From Nitrospinota bacterium (GTDB lineage Bacteria > Nitrospinota_A > UBA7883 > JACRLM01), in contig JACRLM010000074.1 of NCBI GenBank assembly GCA_016235255.1, positions 1,435 to 65,434 on the forward strand: DNA of 64,000 bases, given 5' to 3'. Made by a program: the position numbers and the translations under genes. Below, one piece after another: positions 1 through 9,351 of this stretch. Below the pieces are notes generated by a model. It did not search any database and was not told the DNA's origin. It was given only the letters and a program-made list of their open reading frames with translations. Position 1 is the first letter of the stretch, and every line of letters starts with the position of its first letter.

Positions 1-928
1 CGGCGGTGCGCGCCGCCTGGGCGCTTTCATCGAACTGCCCTTGCTCGAAGGATGCGCAGAACGTTTTTACCGGCGCATCGGACTGCCCCGCCATGGCGGA
101 TACGATGGCCGCCGAATCAAGCCCACCGGAAAGGAACGCCCCAAGCGGCGCATCGCTCACCATCTGGCGTTTGACGCACCGGCGCAGCACAGTCCCGAAT
201 TCCTCCGCCGCCTCGTCCAGTGATTTGAACCTCGCCGCGTCCGGCGGCCGCTTCGGCTCCCAGTAACGGCTGATCGCAATCCCGTTGCCGCCGCATGTCA
301 GCGTCGATGCAGGCGCAAGCTGCCGTATTCCCTCAAATCCTGTAAGAGGGGCGGCCACATAACCGAACGTGAGAAACGAGGAGAGCCCCTCGGCGCAGAC
401 GGTCCGCCGCACAGCCGGTGCGCTCAATATCGCCTTTATTTCCGAGGCGAACAGCAGGCGGTGGCCGTCGTCAAAATAAAAAAGTGGCTTCACCCCCATC
501 CGGTCCCGGGCGAGAAACAGCTTTCGATTTGCGCGGTCCCATATTGCGAAGGCGAAAATACCGTTGAACCGTTCAACGCAAGACGGGCCCCATTGCTCGT
601 ACGAGTTGAGGATAACTTCAGTGTCGGACCGGGATTTGAAAGCTCGCCCCATCTTTTCCAGATCGGCGCGCAGTTCGCGATAATTGTATATCTCTCCATT
701 GAACGTAATGAGCGTAGATCCGGAAACGGACTCCATCGGCTGCGCCCCCGCCGGGGAAAGATCTATGATGGCAAGCCGCCTATGGCCCAAAGCAACGGCG
801 CCTTCGGCAAATATCCCTTCACCGTCGGGCCCACGGTGCGCCAGGGCGCCTGTCATCTGTTTTATTGCCTGGGCGTCCTGCTCCGTGGCCGGATCGCCAT
901 AGTGGAAAATACCCGCTATTCCGCACAT
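1..928 (-). CDS. asnB: asparagine synthase (glutamine-hydrolysing), N-terminal ~309 codons; 3' end runs off the window
   Basis: Own translation of the minus strand from the ATG at 928-926: MCGIAGIFHYGD (Ntn Cys2 glutaminase start), RDRMGVKPLFY, FLSGGLDSAAIV (PP-loop SGGxDS). It is missing from the ORF track because it is open at the window edge. The plus-strand ORFs 6..931 are antisense shadows. Confidence 0.85.
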   Translation of the reverse strand, partial: MCGIAGIFHYGDPATEQDAQAIKQMTGALAHRGPDGEGIFAEGAVALGHRRLAIIDLSPAGAQPMESVSGSTLITFNGEIYNYRELRADLEKMGRAFKSRSDTEVILNSYEQWGPSCVERFNGIFAFAIWDRANRKLFLARDRMGVKPLFYFDDGHRLLFASEIKAILSAPAVRRTVCAEGLSSFLTFGYVAAPLTGFEGIRQLAPASTLTCGGNGIAISRYWEPKRPPDAARFKSLDEAAEEFGTVLRRCVKRQMVSDAPLGAFLSGGLDSAAIVSAMAGQSDAPVKTFCASFEQGQFDESAQAARTA

Positions 929-958
929 TGAGTGACCCCCCCTGCTTTCAACGCGCGC

Positions 959-2815
959 TCAACCGGCCGGACGGGGATTGTTTTGCTCCCCTGCGGCCGG
1001 CGTTTTAAGGTTTCGGACGATTGTTTCCGCTTTCGCCGCCTGCCTCCCGGCCTCTTCCACCCTCCCGGCGGAGCGAAGCAGGCTTGCATGTTCGTTGAGC
1101 AATCCGGCGTACCATGCGGCGGTCCGCTTCTGGCCGGGACGTATATTGTCCGGATTGATTTCGAATCCGTTTTCATATGAAAACCAGTCGTAATAAATCT
1201 TGGCGGCCTTTTCGGAAGAGCCCGATTTTTCCGCGTCATGAATCATTGGCCTGAAGTGGCTTTTGGCCGCAGAGGCGTATCCGGGAAAGTCCGGCGGCCG
1301 GTGGATGAAACGGAATTCGAAGGCCAGGCTGGCGATGACGAAAACGATGGCTCCGGCTCCGGTCACGGCGGCTCCACGAGACAGCAACTTCGCAAGCGCC
1401 AGCGCCGAGAAAGGAATCACGGCCACCGCCAGCGGAACGCGATAACGGAAAAACGTCACGAAGACGGTCATCACGATTACATGGATCATTATCAATATCA
1501 GCAGCGGGGCGCAGTCCCCCAGCCTTTTGCCGGACAAGGCCAGGCCCGCCAGGGCCAGCGGGAACAGCGGCAGCGCATACGCCGGGGAATATTTGAGGGC
1601 CGTGGAGTGCCATAGAAAATAATAGTAATAAGGCCCGTTGTCGCTCATCGGATTAAAACCCCACACCTCGGCGAATTTCGCCAGCAGGAAATGGGCGTAA
1701 TTGAATATTCCGCCGTGGGCGGCCACCAGCGGCCCGATATAGTCCGCCACGCCGCCGCCGTTTGTCCTGGCGACGATGTCCGCCGTATAAGGAGTGAGAA
1801 TGTTTACGGGGAAGGAGGGATTAAGGTCCGGAGCGTTGGCCATGATGAAGAAATATGATCCCTGGGAAAGCAGGCTCAACGCAGGCGCTCCCACCGCCAG
1901 ATTCCTAGCTATGGCCGGGGACAGGGCGATCAGAAAACCGGCGGCCGTCAGCAACCCGGCCTTCACGGCCGGCAACGGCTCCCGCCGCAGCCGCCACGCC
2001 ATGAGCGCCACGGCCGGCAGGAAATATAAAATAAAATAGCTTTGCGCGAGCGCCCCGATTCCGAAGCAAATACCCGCCGCCAGATACCGAAGCGGCGTAT
2101 TTTTGTCCATCGCCGCGATGGTCATATACACCGCCGCAAGCCCCGCCAGCACGCTAAGGCTTGTGCGCAGAAGATACACTTCCTGCCACATCAATGGCCC
2201 GTTCACGGCGCACATGGCCCCGCCGATCACCGCCGCCGCCGGGCCGAAGAGCCGTAGCGTAATCAGAAAGACAAGGACCGCCGAGCATACGCCCGCCACC
2301 ATCTGCCATGCGAAAACATAACGCGGGTCTGCCCCGAATATTTTGTATGTGATGGCGATAAGGTAAGGGTAGAGCGGTTCCTGGTGAAACCTTTTGCCCC
2401 CCTGCAGCCTGCTCCATAACAGCGTTGCAGGGTCGCCCCCCGTATTATTCACCCGTTCCGAAAGCTCGGCGAAAACATCGGGACGTAAATTGAAATAGTC
2501 GGCGGCGACCTTGTAATGCCACGAATGCATCGGATGAATGTCCGTGTCCGAAAGCCAGTCCCCGGCGGCGATACGTTTGGCCCAAAGGTCGAAAAAAAAC
2601 ATGTCGGTCTGGTCGTTTGCGCTTGTTGTGGCAAGCGGCGTGCCGACAGCCTGGGAGAAATATGCGATCCGTGGAATCACGGCCAGCGCCGCGATAAAAA
2701 GGGCCAGCGCCGCCTTGCCGCGAAAGGAGGCCGCAAGCGTGTCCAGCCGCGCGCCAAATGCCTCCCTGGCGCCGCCGCTTTCTGTCGCGTTGTTTTCAGC
2801 GGCTGACGACGGCAT
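959..2815 (-). CDS. polytopic membrane glycosyltransferase, GT-C fold (ArnT/PMT family-39-like) with C-terminal TPR-like tail
   Basis: 618-aa ORF with many hydrophobic segments. HQEPLYPYLIAITYKIFG resembles the conserved loop/TM region of ArnT/PMT_2 enzymes. The soluble C-terminal tail is repeat-like. Its start overlaps the stop of the upstream GT2 gene (TGATG). Confidence 0.6.
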   Translation of the reverse strand: MPSSAAENNATESGGAREAFGARLDTLAASFRGKAALALFIAALAVIPRIAYFSQAVGTPLATTSANDQTDMFFFDLWAKRIAAGDWLSDTDIHPMHSWHYKVAADYFNLRPDVFAELSERVNNTGGDPATLLWSRLQGGKRFHQEPLYPYLIAITYKIFGADPRYVFAWQMVAGVCSAVLVFLITLRLFGPAAAVIGGAMCAVNGPLMWQEVYLLRTSLSVLAGLAAVYMTIAAMDKNTPLRYLAAGICFGIGALAQSYFILYFLPAVALMAWRLRREPLPAVKAGLLTAAGFLIALSPAIARNLAVGAPALSLLSQGSYFFIMANAPDLNPSFPVNILTPYTADIVARTNGGGVADYIGPLVAAHGGIFNYAHFLLAKFAEVWGFNPMSDNGPYYYYFLWHSTALKYSPAYALPLFPLALAGLALSGKRLGDCAPLLILIMIHVIVMTVFVTFFRYRVPLAVAVIPFSALALAKLLSRGAAVTGAGAIVFVIASLAFEFRFIHRPPDFPGYASAAKSHFRPMIHDAEKSGSSEKAAKIYYDWFSYENGFEINPDNIRPGQKRTAAWYAGLLNEHASLLRSAGRVEEAGRQAAKAETIVRNLKTPAAGEQNNPRPAG

Positions 2816-3696
2816 CAGTTATTGTTTCCGCCGCTGGAAATGTATATCTTCCTCAGCTGGTTGGCCAGCAGGCCCATGGAGAATATGACGGGAAAGCTTC
2901 CGATCAGCAGGGCGGCCAGCGCGCTCATGAAAAGATTTCCTCCCACAAGGATGTCCAGCAACACAAGTAGGCCCCCGGCCACAAGGCATATCGAAGCGAC
3001 CAGCAAGAACAGCTTGAGCGGATTATAAAAAAGGATCGCTTCAATTATGTACTGGAGCGCCCGCAACGTGTCGCGCAGCGGCCGCACTTTTGACGAACCT
3101 TCCCGCTTGCGGTATTCCACCGGCAGGTAAAGCACCGGGTGGCTGTTTAGCATGAAAAATAGCGTCATCGTGGTCGTGAACGAGAATCCGGCGCAAAGCG
3201 AATCCTTGAAGCGGAGCAGGACGCTTCTTTTGAACATGCGCATCCCTGAATTTATATCTGGCACATTGCGCCCGGCGGCGTATTCGGCCAGCGCCTTGAA
3301 CACCATCCTGGCAGGCCTTTTGAAAAAGCCCTTTTTATATTCCCATCCCTGTCTCGCCCCCACCACCATGTCGTAGGCCGGATAATTGCGGTAGAAATCC
3401 GCGAACCGTGATGGCGGATAGGACCCGTCGCCGTCTATTATCGCCACGCATTCGTTGGCGCAGGCCGCTATCCCGTCGTACAGTGATTTGCCGTAGCCCA
3501 GATTCTCCGGATGCTCCATCAGTTTGAGCCCGGGAATTCCGGCGGTCCGCACCTTCTCGGCCGTGCCGTCCGTGGACCCGTCGTTGACCACGATAATTTC
3601 ATGCCCGGGAAAGGCCTCCAGGGATTTTTTCAGTTCGATCAAAAACTCCCCTATGCCGTTTTCCTCGTTATAAACAGGGACCACCACGCTTATCAT
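2815..3696 (-). CDS. family 2 glycosyltransferase, polyprenyl-phosphate sugar transferase type (ArnC/DPM1-like)
   Basis: MISVVVPVYNEE, NDGSTDGT and IDGDG (DxD) GT-A signatures, plus two C-terminal TM helices. Confidence 0.85.
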   Translation of the reverse strand: MISVVVPVYNEENGIGEFLIELKKSLEAFPGHEIIVVNDGSTDGTAEKVRTAGIPGLKLMEHPENLGYGKSLYDGIAACANECVAIIDGDGSYPPSRFADFYRNYPAYDMVVGARQGWEYKKGFFKRPARMVFKALAEYAAGRNVPDINSGMRMFKRSVLLRFKDSLCAGFSFTTTMTLFFMLNSHPVLYLPVEYRKREGSSKVRPLRDTLRALQYIIEAILFYNPLKLFLLVASICLVAGGLLVLLDILVGGNLFMSALAALLIGSFPVIFSMGLLANQLRKIYISSGGNNN

Positions 3697-4442
3697 CTTT
3701 CACTCCGCTCAATGTCAGGCCGTTCACCAATCGCGAAAATCTGGTTTCCCCAGAATGGAAGGCACAACCTGAAAGACGCAGCCACCAGCGACGCCATCGC
3801 AATCTGCCTGAAACCATATTTCCCGGGCGCCGAATAGGATTCCATGACCCGTTCGGGATTCATGTTTATCAGCCGCTTGTATAGATTGAAAAAGGGGAAT
3901 CCCCACCGCTCTATCTTCACCACTTTAAGGCCTGCCTTGGCCATGGCCTCCCCGATCCGCTCCGCCGTGAAATGCATCGTATGTCCCATCATCCTGTCTA
4001 TCGGATACACAGGGCCGGAGGGGACCGTGATAATCAGTCTGCGGGCCGCCATCCCGGCAAGCCTGGCCACCGCCTGCCGGTAATCGGAGCAATGCTCGAC
4101 GACTTCGGAGCTTACGACAACATCAAACTTTTCCGCAATCGCCTCCCGGTCTATATCGAGTGGGAAGAAGCGTATCTGAGGATACCTGGCCTTGTTCGCC
4201 TCCAGCACAGCCGGCGAAAGGTCCGCCCCCGCCAGCCCGGCCCCCGGCGCAAGGGACGCCACGTCCCTTAACAGTTCACCTGTACCGCATCCGACGTCCA
4301 GCAATGAGCTGAATTTCTGCTTCGACAGTATGGCGATGATTTTCCTTCTGCGCATGGCCGGGGCGGGCGAGCGGGAGGTTATCAATTCCCATTTCGCCCA
4401 TCCGGCGTCGTAAAAGGAGGATGATTTGGCCTGATGTTCCAT
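3693..4442 (-). CDS. class I SAM-dependent methyltransferase
   Basis: Motif I LLDVGCGTGELL and motif II-like FDVVVSSEVVEH; 249 aa; overlaps neighbouring genes by 1-4 nt (operon). Confidence 0.8.
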   Translation of the reverse strand: MEHQAKSSSFYDAGWAKWELITSRSPAPAMRRRKIIAILSKQKFSSLLDVGCGTGELLRDVASLAPGAGLAGADLSPAVLEANKARYPQIRFFPLDIDREAIAEKFDVVVSSEVVEHCSDYRQAVARLAGMAARRLIITVPSGPVYPIDRMMGHTMHFTAERIGEAMAKAGLKVVKIERWGFPFFNLYKRLINMNPERVMESYSAPGKYGFRQIAMASLVAASFRLCLPFWGNQIFAIGERPDIERSER

Positions 4443-5362
4443 TAGCGTATGTTGTTGGTCAAACCGTGTCGTTTCAAGTGTCCGCTGATGCGCCAGCTTA
4501 CTCCTTTATACCGGCTTATATGGATGTTTTCAAATTTCTCCGGAGCAACCCAGCTTTCAGCCCGTTTTCTCGTGATAAATCCGGTTTTCGGCGCGTTGAG
4601 CTTGTCGAAGACATTGAGGGTGTTCCTGTAAAATGAAAGCTTCCGGAAATTTCCGAAATAATCGAAATACGGCAAAAACCTGAGAGGCAGACGGTATAGC
4701 GTGTGGACCGGAATATATAGAATGGCCGTGACGGCCTTTGAGAGCCAGAGCAGCGTCTTTCTGGAGATGGAGCGCAAAAACAGCCTCCTGAACGGCTCCA
4801 CCATGTTGCGGACGGCCCAATTGCCCTCGTGTGAATAGACCCAAATTATCAGCCGCCCCCCCGGTTTTGCGTGGCGGATGAGGTTTGCCACAGTCCTGTC
4901 CGGATCATCGGTATGGTGGACAACCCCTACGCTCATCACAACGTCGAACCGCATGCCCAGGTCCATTTCAGCGATGTCGGCATCCAGGAAACGTACGTTG
5001 GACGCGCCCGCGTTGCGTTCCAGGGCCAGCTGCGCGGTGTTAAGGTCCACGGCCGTGACGCTTTTGGCGAAGGGGGCCATAAAGGCGGTATGCTGGCCTC
5101 CGCCGCAGCCGCACTCAAGAATGTCCAGCCCTCTGAAGCTTTCCAGGGTATGCGGATGGATCCAGTCCTTGAAAAGGAAAAGCTCGCCGTCGCGAAGGAG
5201 GGTCCACTGCTCCCTCCACTGGTCCTGCTTTTCCTGCGCCATAGTCCTTAGCCTGCCTGCCTTGTTGTGTTCGTGAAGCCGGGCCGGGCTCCCGGCGGCA
5301 GATTGATTGTATGACATTTTGGCGGTCTTTACCCTTGTTGTGATATTGCGGAAAATTATCAT
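4442..5362 (-). CDS. class I SAM-dependent methyltransferase (start uncertain)
   Basis: Motif I ILECGCGGGQH and FDVVMSVGVVHH. Alternative in-frame ATGs at 5317 and 5242. Confidence 0.75.
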   Translation of the reverse strand: MIIFRNITTRVKTAKMSYNQSAAGSPARLHEHNKAGRLRTMAQEKQDQWREQWTLLRDGELFLFKDWIHPHTLESFRGLDILECGCGGGQHTAFMAPFAKSVTAVDLNTAQLALERNAGASNVRFLDADIAEMDLGMRFDVVMSVGVVHHTDDPDRTVANLIRHAKPGGRLIIWVYSHEGNWAVRNMVEPFRRLFLRSISRKTLLWLSKAVTAILYIPVHTLYRLPLRFLPYFDYFGNFRKLSFYRNTLNVFDKLNAPKTGFITRKRAESWVAPEKFENIHISRYKGVSWRISGHLKRHGLTNNIR

Positions 5363-5473
5363 GAAAAATATTCATGGCGGCGGCGGAAAAAAATTGGTGT
5401 ATTATAACTGTTCCGGGCCGTGAAGATAAGGGATCGGCAGGCCTGTTGAGCGCATGATATTTGGGAGCGATGA

Positions 5474-5782
5474 ATGCCGAAAGTTAGCGATGAAGGTGAC
5501 CGCGGAAAGCGTCACAAGAGAAGGAAAAGAAAGGGCGGCGGCTTTGAGGAGGAGACTCCCAAAGAGACCGGCGACAAGGCTGTGGAAGTTGAGGGCACCG
5601 TGCTGGAAGCCCTTCCAAACGCCATGTTCAACGTGGCGCTTGAGAACAATTTCACGGTGCTCGCCCACGTCTCTGGAAAAATGCGGAAGTTTTTCATCCG
5701 CATCCTTCCGGGAGACAAGGTGAAGCTCGAACTTAGCCCCTATGACCTGACGCGGGGCAGGATCACATACCGCTACAAATAG
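5474..5782 (+). CDS. infA: translation initiation factor IF-1 with ~35-aa Lys/Arg-rich N-terminal extension (or internal GTG start)
   Basis: The C-terminal 66 aa, [65 protein letters not shown], is canonical S1-fold IF-1. GGGAG lies 8 nt before the ATG at 5474. Confidence 0.9.
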   Translation: MPKVSDEGDRGKRHKRRKRKGGGFEEETPKETGDKAVEVEGTVLEALPNAMFNVALENNFTVLAHVSGKMRKFFIRILPGDKVKLELSPYDLTRGRITYRYK

Positions 5783-5807
5783 CCTCCGTCACCTGCCGCT
5801 TGACGGC

Positions 5808-6272
5808 TCAGCCGATTTCGCAGACCTCCTTGAACATGTTGGCGGCGTGCCCCGCCGCTTTCACTCCGTAGAAGGCCCTGAGCACCTTGCCGTCCGGACC
5901 GATTATGATGGTGGAGCGTGAGGGAAGCCCGACTTTCGTCACAAGAAGGTCCACCCCGCTCCAGGCTCCGTATTTGCGGCAGACCTCGCCGTCCGGATCG
6001 GAAAGCAGGGTGAACGGCAGTCCCTTATTCTCAGCCCATTTTTTCAGGGACTCGGGCTTGTCGGCGCTCACGCCCACGATGACGGTGTTTTTTCCGGTGA
6101 AATCCTTTATTGCGTCGCGAAACTCGGACGCTTCGGTGTTTCACCCGGGGGTGTTCGCCTTCGGAAAGAAGTACAGAACCACTTTTTTTCCGGTGAAGTC
6201 TTTGAGTGAGCGTTTTACGCCCTCCTGGTCGGATAAATTAAACTCCGGGGCCTTGTCGCCTTCTTTTAGCAT
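5808..6272 (-). CDS. bcp: thiol peroxidase (Bcp/peroxiredoxin) with in-frame TGA at the peroxidatic Cys position; selenocysteine candidate (U44)
   Basis: Own translation from ATG 6272 (AAGGAG upstream): MLKEGDKAPEFNLSDQEGVKRSLKDFTGKKVVLYFFPKANTPG-TGA-NTEASEFRD, continuing in frame into track ORF 5808..6077. The TGA at 6143-6141 is codon 44 and sits exactly where the Prx TPGC motif has its catalytic Cys. Confidence 0.7.
6112..6131 (-). promoter_or_regulatory. candidate bacterial SECIS hairpin downstream of the UGA
   Basis: mRNA nt 10-29 after the UGA read GCGUC-CGA-GUU-UCG-C-GACGC: a 5-bp plus 3-bp stem, one bulged C, and a GUU apical loop about 18-20 nt after the UGA. Confidence 0.45.
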
Positions 6273-6292
6273 GGCTGGCTCTCCTTACAGGT

Positions 6293-7486
6293 TCACTTCA
6301 AGCTTACCACCGCTTCCTTTATCCGCGATATACCCTTTTCAATCTCGTCCATCGAAAGCGCGTAGGAAAGCCGTATGTTCTCCGGCGCTCCGAACGGATC
6401 GCCCGGGACGACGGCGCACCGGGCCGCCTCCAGCAGAAACTTCGTGGCGCCGTAAGAGTCCTTGATTGCTCCACCGCTCCACGTCTTGCCGAACCATCCG
6501 GAAACGTTCGGGAACACGTAAAACGCCCCCATGGGATTCAGGCATTTCATACCGGGGATTTCGTTGAACGCGGCCACAAGCCTGTCGCGCCGCTCCCTGA
6601 ACTCTTTGACCCACGCCGGAAGGTGCGTGAGCCCCTCGCGCAACGCCGCCAGCGCCCCGTACTGGGCGAAAGACACCGGGTTGGAGGTGGACTGCCCCTG
6701 GATGATGTTCATCCCGTTTATTATCTTTTCGTCCCCCAGCGCCCAGCCAAGCCGCCACCCGGTCATGGAAAAAGCCTTGGAAAGGCCGCTTACGATGATC
6801 GTCAAAGACTTCACCGAAGGGTCGTAAAATGGGAGCGAACGCAGCTTACCATCGCCGTAATAAATGTCCTTATATATCTCGTCCCAGACCACGAGTATCC
6901 CGTGTTTCACCGCAACGGCGCAAATGGCCTTAAGCGTCGCCTCGTCATAGACCGCGCCGGACGGGTTGGACGGGGAATTGACCACGATTGCCTTGGTCTT
7001 CGGCGTCACGAGCTTCTGGAGGTCTTCGGCGGCGAACAGGAAGCCGTTTTCCTCTTTTGTGTGAAGGAACACAGGTTTCCCGTCCGCCAACATCACCATG
7101 TCCGGATAAGACACCCAGTACGGCGTGGGAATTATCACCTCGTCACCCGGCGACAGGATGGTCATGAAAAGGTTGTAAAGCGTATGCTTGCCGCCGGAGG
7201 AGAATATGGTCTGCCCCCGCTTATACTCCAGCCCCTCGGTCTTTTTATAAAACTCCGTGAGCGCGTCGCGCAGTTCCGGTATGCCGGGGGTGTCGGTGTA
7301 CTTCGTTTTGCCCGCGTTGAGCGCTTCTATGGCGGCTTTTTTTATGTATTCCGGGGTGTCAAAATCCGGTTCGCCCGCGCCAAAGCCGACTATGTCGAGC
7401 CCCTGGGCCTTCATTGCCTTGGCCTTTGCGGTTATTTCCAGGGTCGGCGACGGTTTTATCGCCGCAAGCCGTTTGGCAAGTTCCAT
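6293..7486 (-). CDS. class I pyridoxal-phosphate aminotransferase (aspartate aminotransferase-like)
   Basis: 397 aa; NSPSNPSGAVY and SKAFSMTGWRLGW (PLP lysine) motifs. Confidence 0.85.
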   Translation of the reverse strand: MELAKRLAAIKPSPTLEITAKAKAMKAQGLDIVGFGAGEPDFDTPEYIKKAAIEALNAGKTKYTDTPGIPELRDALTEFYKKTEGLEYKRGQTIFSSGGKHTLYNLFMTILSPGDEVIIPTPYWVSYPDMVMLADGKPVFLHTKEENGFLFAAEDLQKLVTPKTKAIVVNSPSNPSGAVYDEATLKAICAVAVKHGILVVWDEIYKDIYYGDGKLRSLPFYDPSVKSLTIIVSGLSKAFSMTGWRLGWALGDEKIINGMNIIQGQSTSNPVSFAQYGALAALREGLTHLPAWVKEFRERRDRLVAAFNEIPGMKCLNPMGAFYVFPNVSGWFGKTWSGGAIKDSYGATKFLLEAARCAVVPGDPFGAPENIRLSYALSMDEIEKGISRIKEAVVSLK

Positions 7487-7530
7487 TATTTACCTCGAAT
7501 GCTAAATAAGTGATTTGAAGTCTTGGCGGT

Positions 7531-8019
7531 TCATTTCCCGCTGAACCGTCCCTTGAGCGCGTCCACCACAGGCGGCGGAACAAGCTTGCCCACGTCGCCG
7601 TTCAAAGAAGATATCTCCTTTATCATAGATGAGGAGATGAACGAATACTCCTCGGAAGGCATCATGAACACCGTCTCGATATCGTCCGCAAGCCGCCTGT
7701 TTAGCAGCGACATCTGCAGCTCGTAATCAAAGTCCGACACCGCGCGAAGCCCCTTTAATATCACCCTCGCCCCCTCGCCCCGGGCAAAGTCCACCAGAAG
7801 ATTCCGCAAAGGCTTCACCTTTATGTTGCCGATCCCGGCGGTGGCCTGGAGGATGAAATCAACGCGTTCCTCCAGGGAGAAAAGCGGATTTTTACCCGGG
7901 TTGTGGGCGACGGCGACGATAAGCTCGCTGAAAATGGCCGTGCCCCGTTTCATAAGGTCGATATGGCCATAGGTCACCGGGTCGAACGTGCCCGGATAGA
8001 CAGCGGTTATTCTGGACAA
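7531..8019 (-). CDS. coaD: phosphopantetheine adenylyltransferase
   Basis: TAVYPGTFDPVTYGHIDL N-terminal nucleotidyltransferase motif; 162 aa, the typical CoaD length. Confidence 0.9.
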   Translation of the reverse strand: MSRITAVYPGTFDPVTYGHIDLMKRGTAIFSELIVAVAHNPGKNPLFSLEERVDFILQATAGIGNIKVKPLRNLLVDFARGEGARVILKGLRAVSDFDYELQMSLLNRRLADDIETVFMMPSEEYSFISSSMIKEISSLNGDVGKLVPPPVVDALKGRFSGK

Positions 8020-8091
8020 TTTAACATCCTCAAAAATGGTGTCAGTGAATGCGGATAGACTACTTTATCGAAAGAAACGCCGCAAGTGGAC

Positions 8092-8123
8092 AAATAAAAA
8101 AGGCCGGCCATGAAGGCCGGCCC
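8092..8123 (-). terminator. Rho-independent terminator after the porin gene
   Basis: Minus strand reads GGCCGGCC-UUCAU-GGCCGGCC followed by UUUUUUAUUU, a perfect 8-bp GC stem plus U-run about 20 nt after the stop at 8143. Confidence 0.8.
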
Positions 8124-8142
8124 CATAAAACTTGAAGCGCGA

Positions 8143-9351
8143 TTAATACTTGAGGACAGTCCTGAAGGCGAGCCTTGTGGGATCGTCATTGGAATTGTCA
8201 TAGTCGCGCTTTTCGTACTCAAGCGTGAACACAAGCTTGTCCAGGTGGTAGCGGGCGGCAAGCATGTACTGGGTCTCCTTGTCCTTCTCCGCGCCGGTCT
8301 TGGCGGTCTCTTCGGCCGCCTCATAGCAGGCCACCAGCTCAAGAGTCTTGGGGAGCAGGAAATATCCGGCGCGCAGGTACCACCCTTTCACCTCGTAGCC
8401 CGGCTTGAGGGTGTCCTTGTCGTCGGCCTTCAGCGAGGCGTACTCGCCGTCGATCCACAGACCGGCGTCATGCAGGTCCAGCTCGAAGCCGGCCGAATAC
8501 ATCTTGCGGTCCAGGTCCACCACGGTCTTGGAGTTGGAGTTTGTCACCGTCACCGCCGTGCCATCGGAGCCGACCGTGCCGCTGTAGGAATTGAGGTTGA
8601 CCACGGCGTTGTCATGCTTGTTCATGCCGTAGCCAGCGTTCAATCGGAAGCCTTCGAAGGGCTTCACGATCAGGGCCGCAGTGTAGGCCGCGTCCAGCAT
8701 GCCGTTGGACCAGATGGCCTTGGAGCCGGAAAGGGAGCCGCCAACGTCGCCGTTGTTGCCATAGCCGTTGGTGGCGGAAATTTTCAGGGTGGCGATCTCA
8801 GCGATGTTCTTCACGACAAACTCGATGCCGCGGTCGCGCGTGTTGTTCGAGCCTGCCAGGAACCCCGCCATCTGCTTGGAACCGGCGGCGAAAACGTCCA
8901 GGTTGACGATGTCCGCGCCGCTGACCACGCCCACTTCATATGACCCATAGGGGCGGAACTGGCCGATGTTGATATCGAAGTTCTTGCCAAGGGGGCGCAC
9001 AGTCGCCCAACCTTCGACGAAAGCCACGTTGCTCGTGGTTCCAGTGCCCGAGCCGGATGAGCCGGCGCCGTCAAAAAGGACCGCGTAACCGAGGACGCCG
9101 TCGGCCATATTCCCCTTGGCGCCCAAGCGGGCCTGCTTTAGCTGGAATCCGAAGGACTTGTCCTTGCCCTTTTCCCCGCTGCTGTCCTTGGCGGTGTTAA
9201 AGGCGCTCTCATCGAGAATGCCCCACATCGTCGTGTAGCCGTACACATCGTTATTGTCGTTCACCTTGAAAGCCGAGGCTTTCACCGGGGTGAACGTGAC
9301 AGCTGCCGCAAGGGCCATGGCCGCCACCACAAGTCTTCTCATCTTGCTCAT
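8143..9351 (-). CDS. outer-membrane beta-barrel porin (phosphate-selective porin O/P-like)
   Basis: Signal peptide MSKMRRLVVAAMALAAAVTFTPVKASA from the ATG at 9351 (GAGG 9 nt upstream); alternating beta-strand pattern; C-terminal aromatic residue (VLKY). The track ORF extends to 9459, but that part has no signal-peptide logic. Confidence 0.7.
   Translation of the reverse strand: MSKMRRLVVAAMALAAAVTFTPVKASAFKVNDNNDVYGYTTMWGILDESAFNTAKDSSGEKGKDKSFGFQLKQARLGAKGNMADGVLGYAVLFDGAGSSGSGTGTTSNVAFVEGWATVRPLGKNFDINIGQFRPYGSYEVGVVSGADIVNLDVFAAGSKQMAGFLAGSNNTRDRGIEFVVKNIAEIATLKISATNGYGNNGDVGGSLSGSKAIWSNGMLDAAYTAALIVKPFEGFRLNAGYGMNKHDNAVVNLNSYSGTVGSDGTAVTVTNSNSKTVVDLDRKMYSAGFELDLHDAGLWIDGEYASLKADDKDTLKPGYEVKGWYLRAGYFLLPKTLELVACYEAAEETAKTGAEKDKETQYMLAARYHLDKLVFTLEYEKRDYDNSNDDPTRLAFRTVLKY

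Noticed and set aside
5808-6272. The Bcp gene read as a simple nonsense pseudogene or split gene
   Set aside because: This is kept as the alternative hypothesis but judged less likely. The only defect is a TGA exactly at the catalytic Cys codon, both halves remain in frame with an intact start and SD, and a hairpin sits at SECIS distance.
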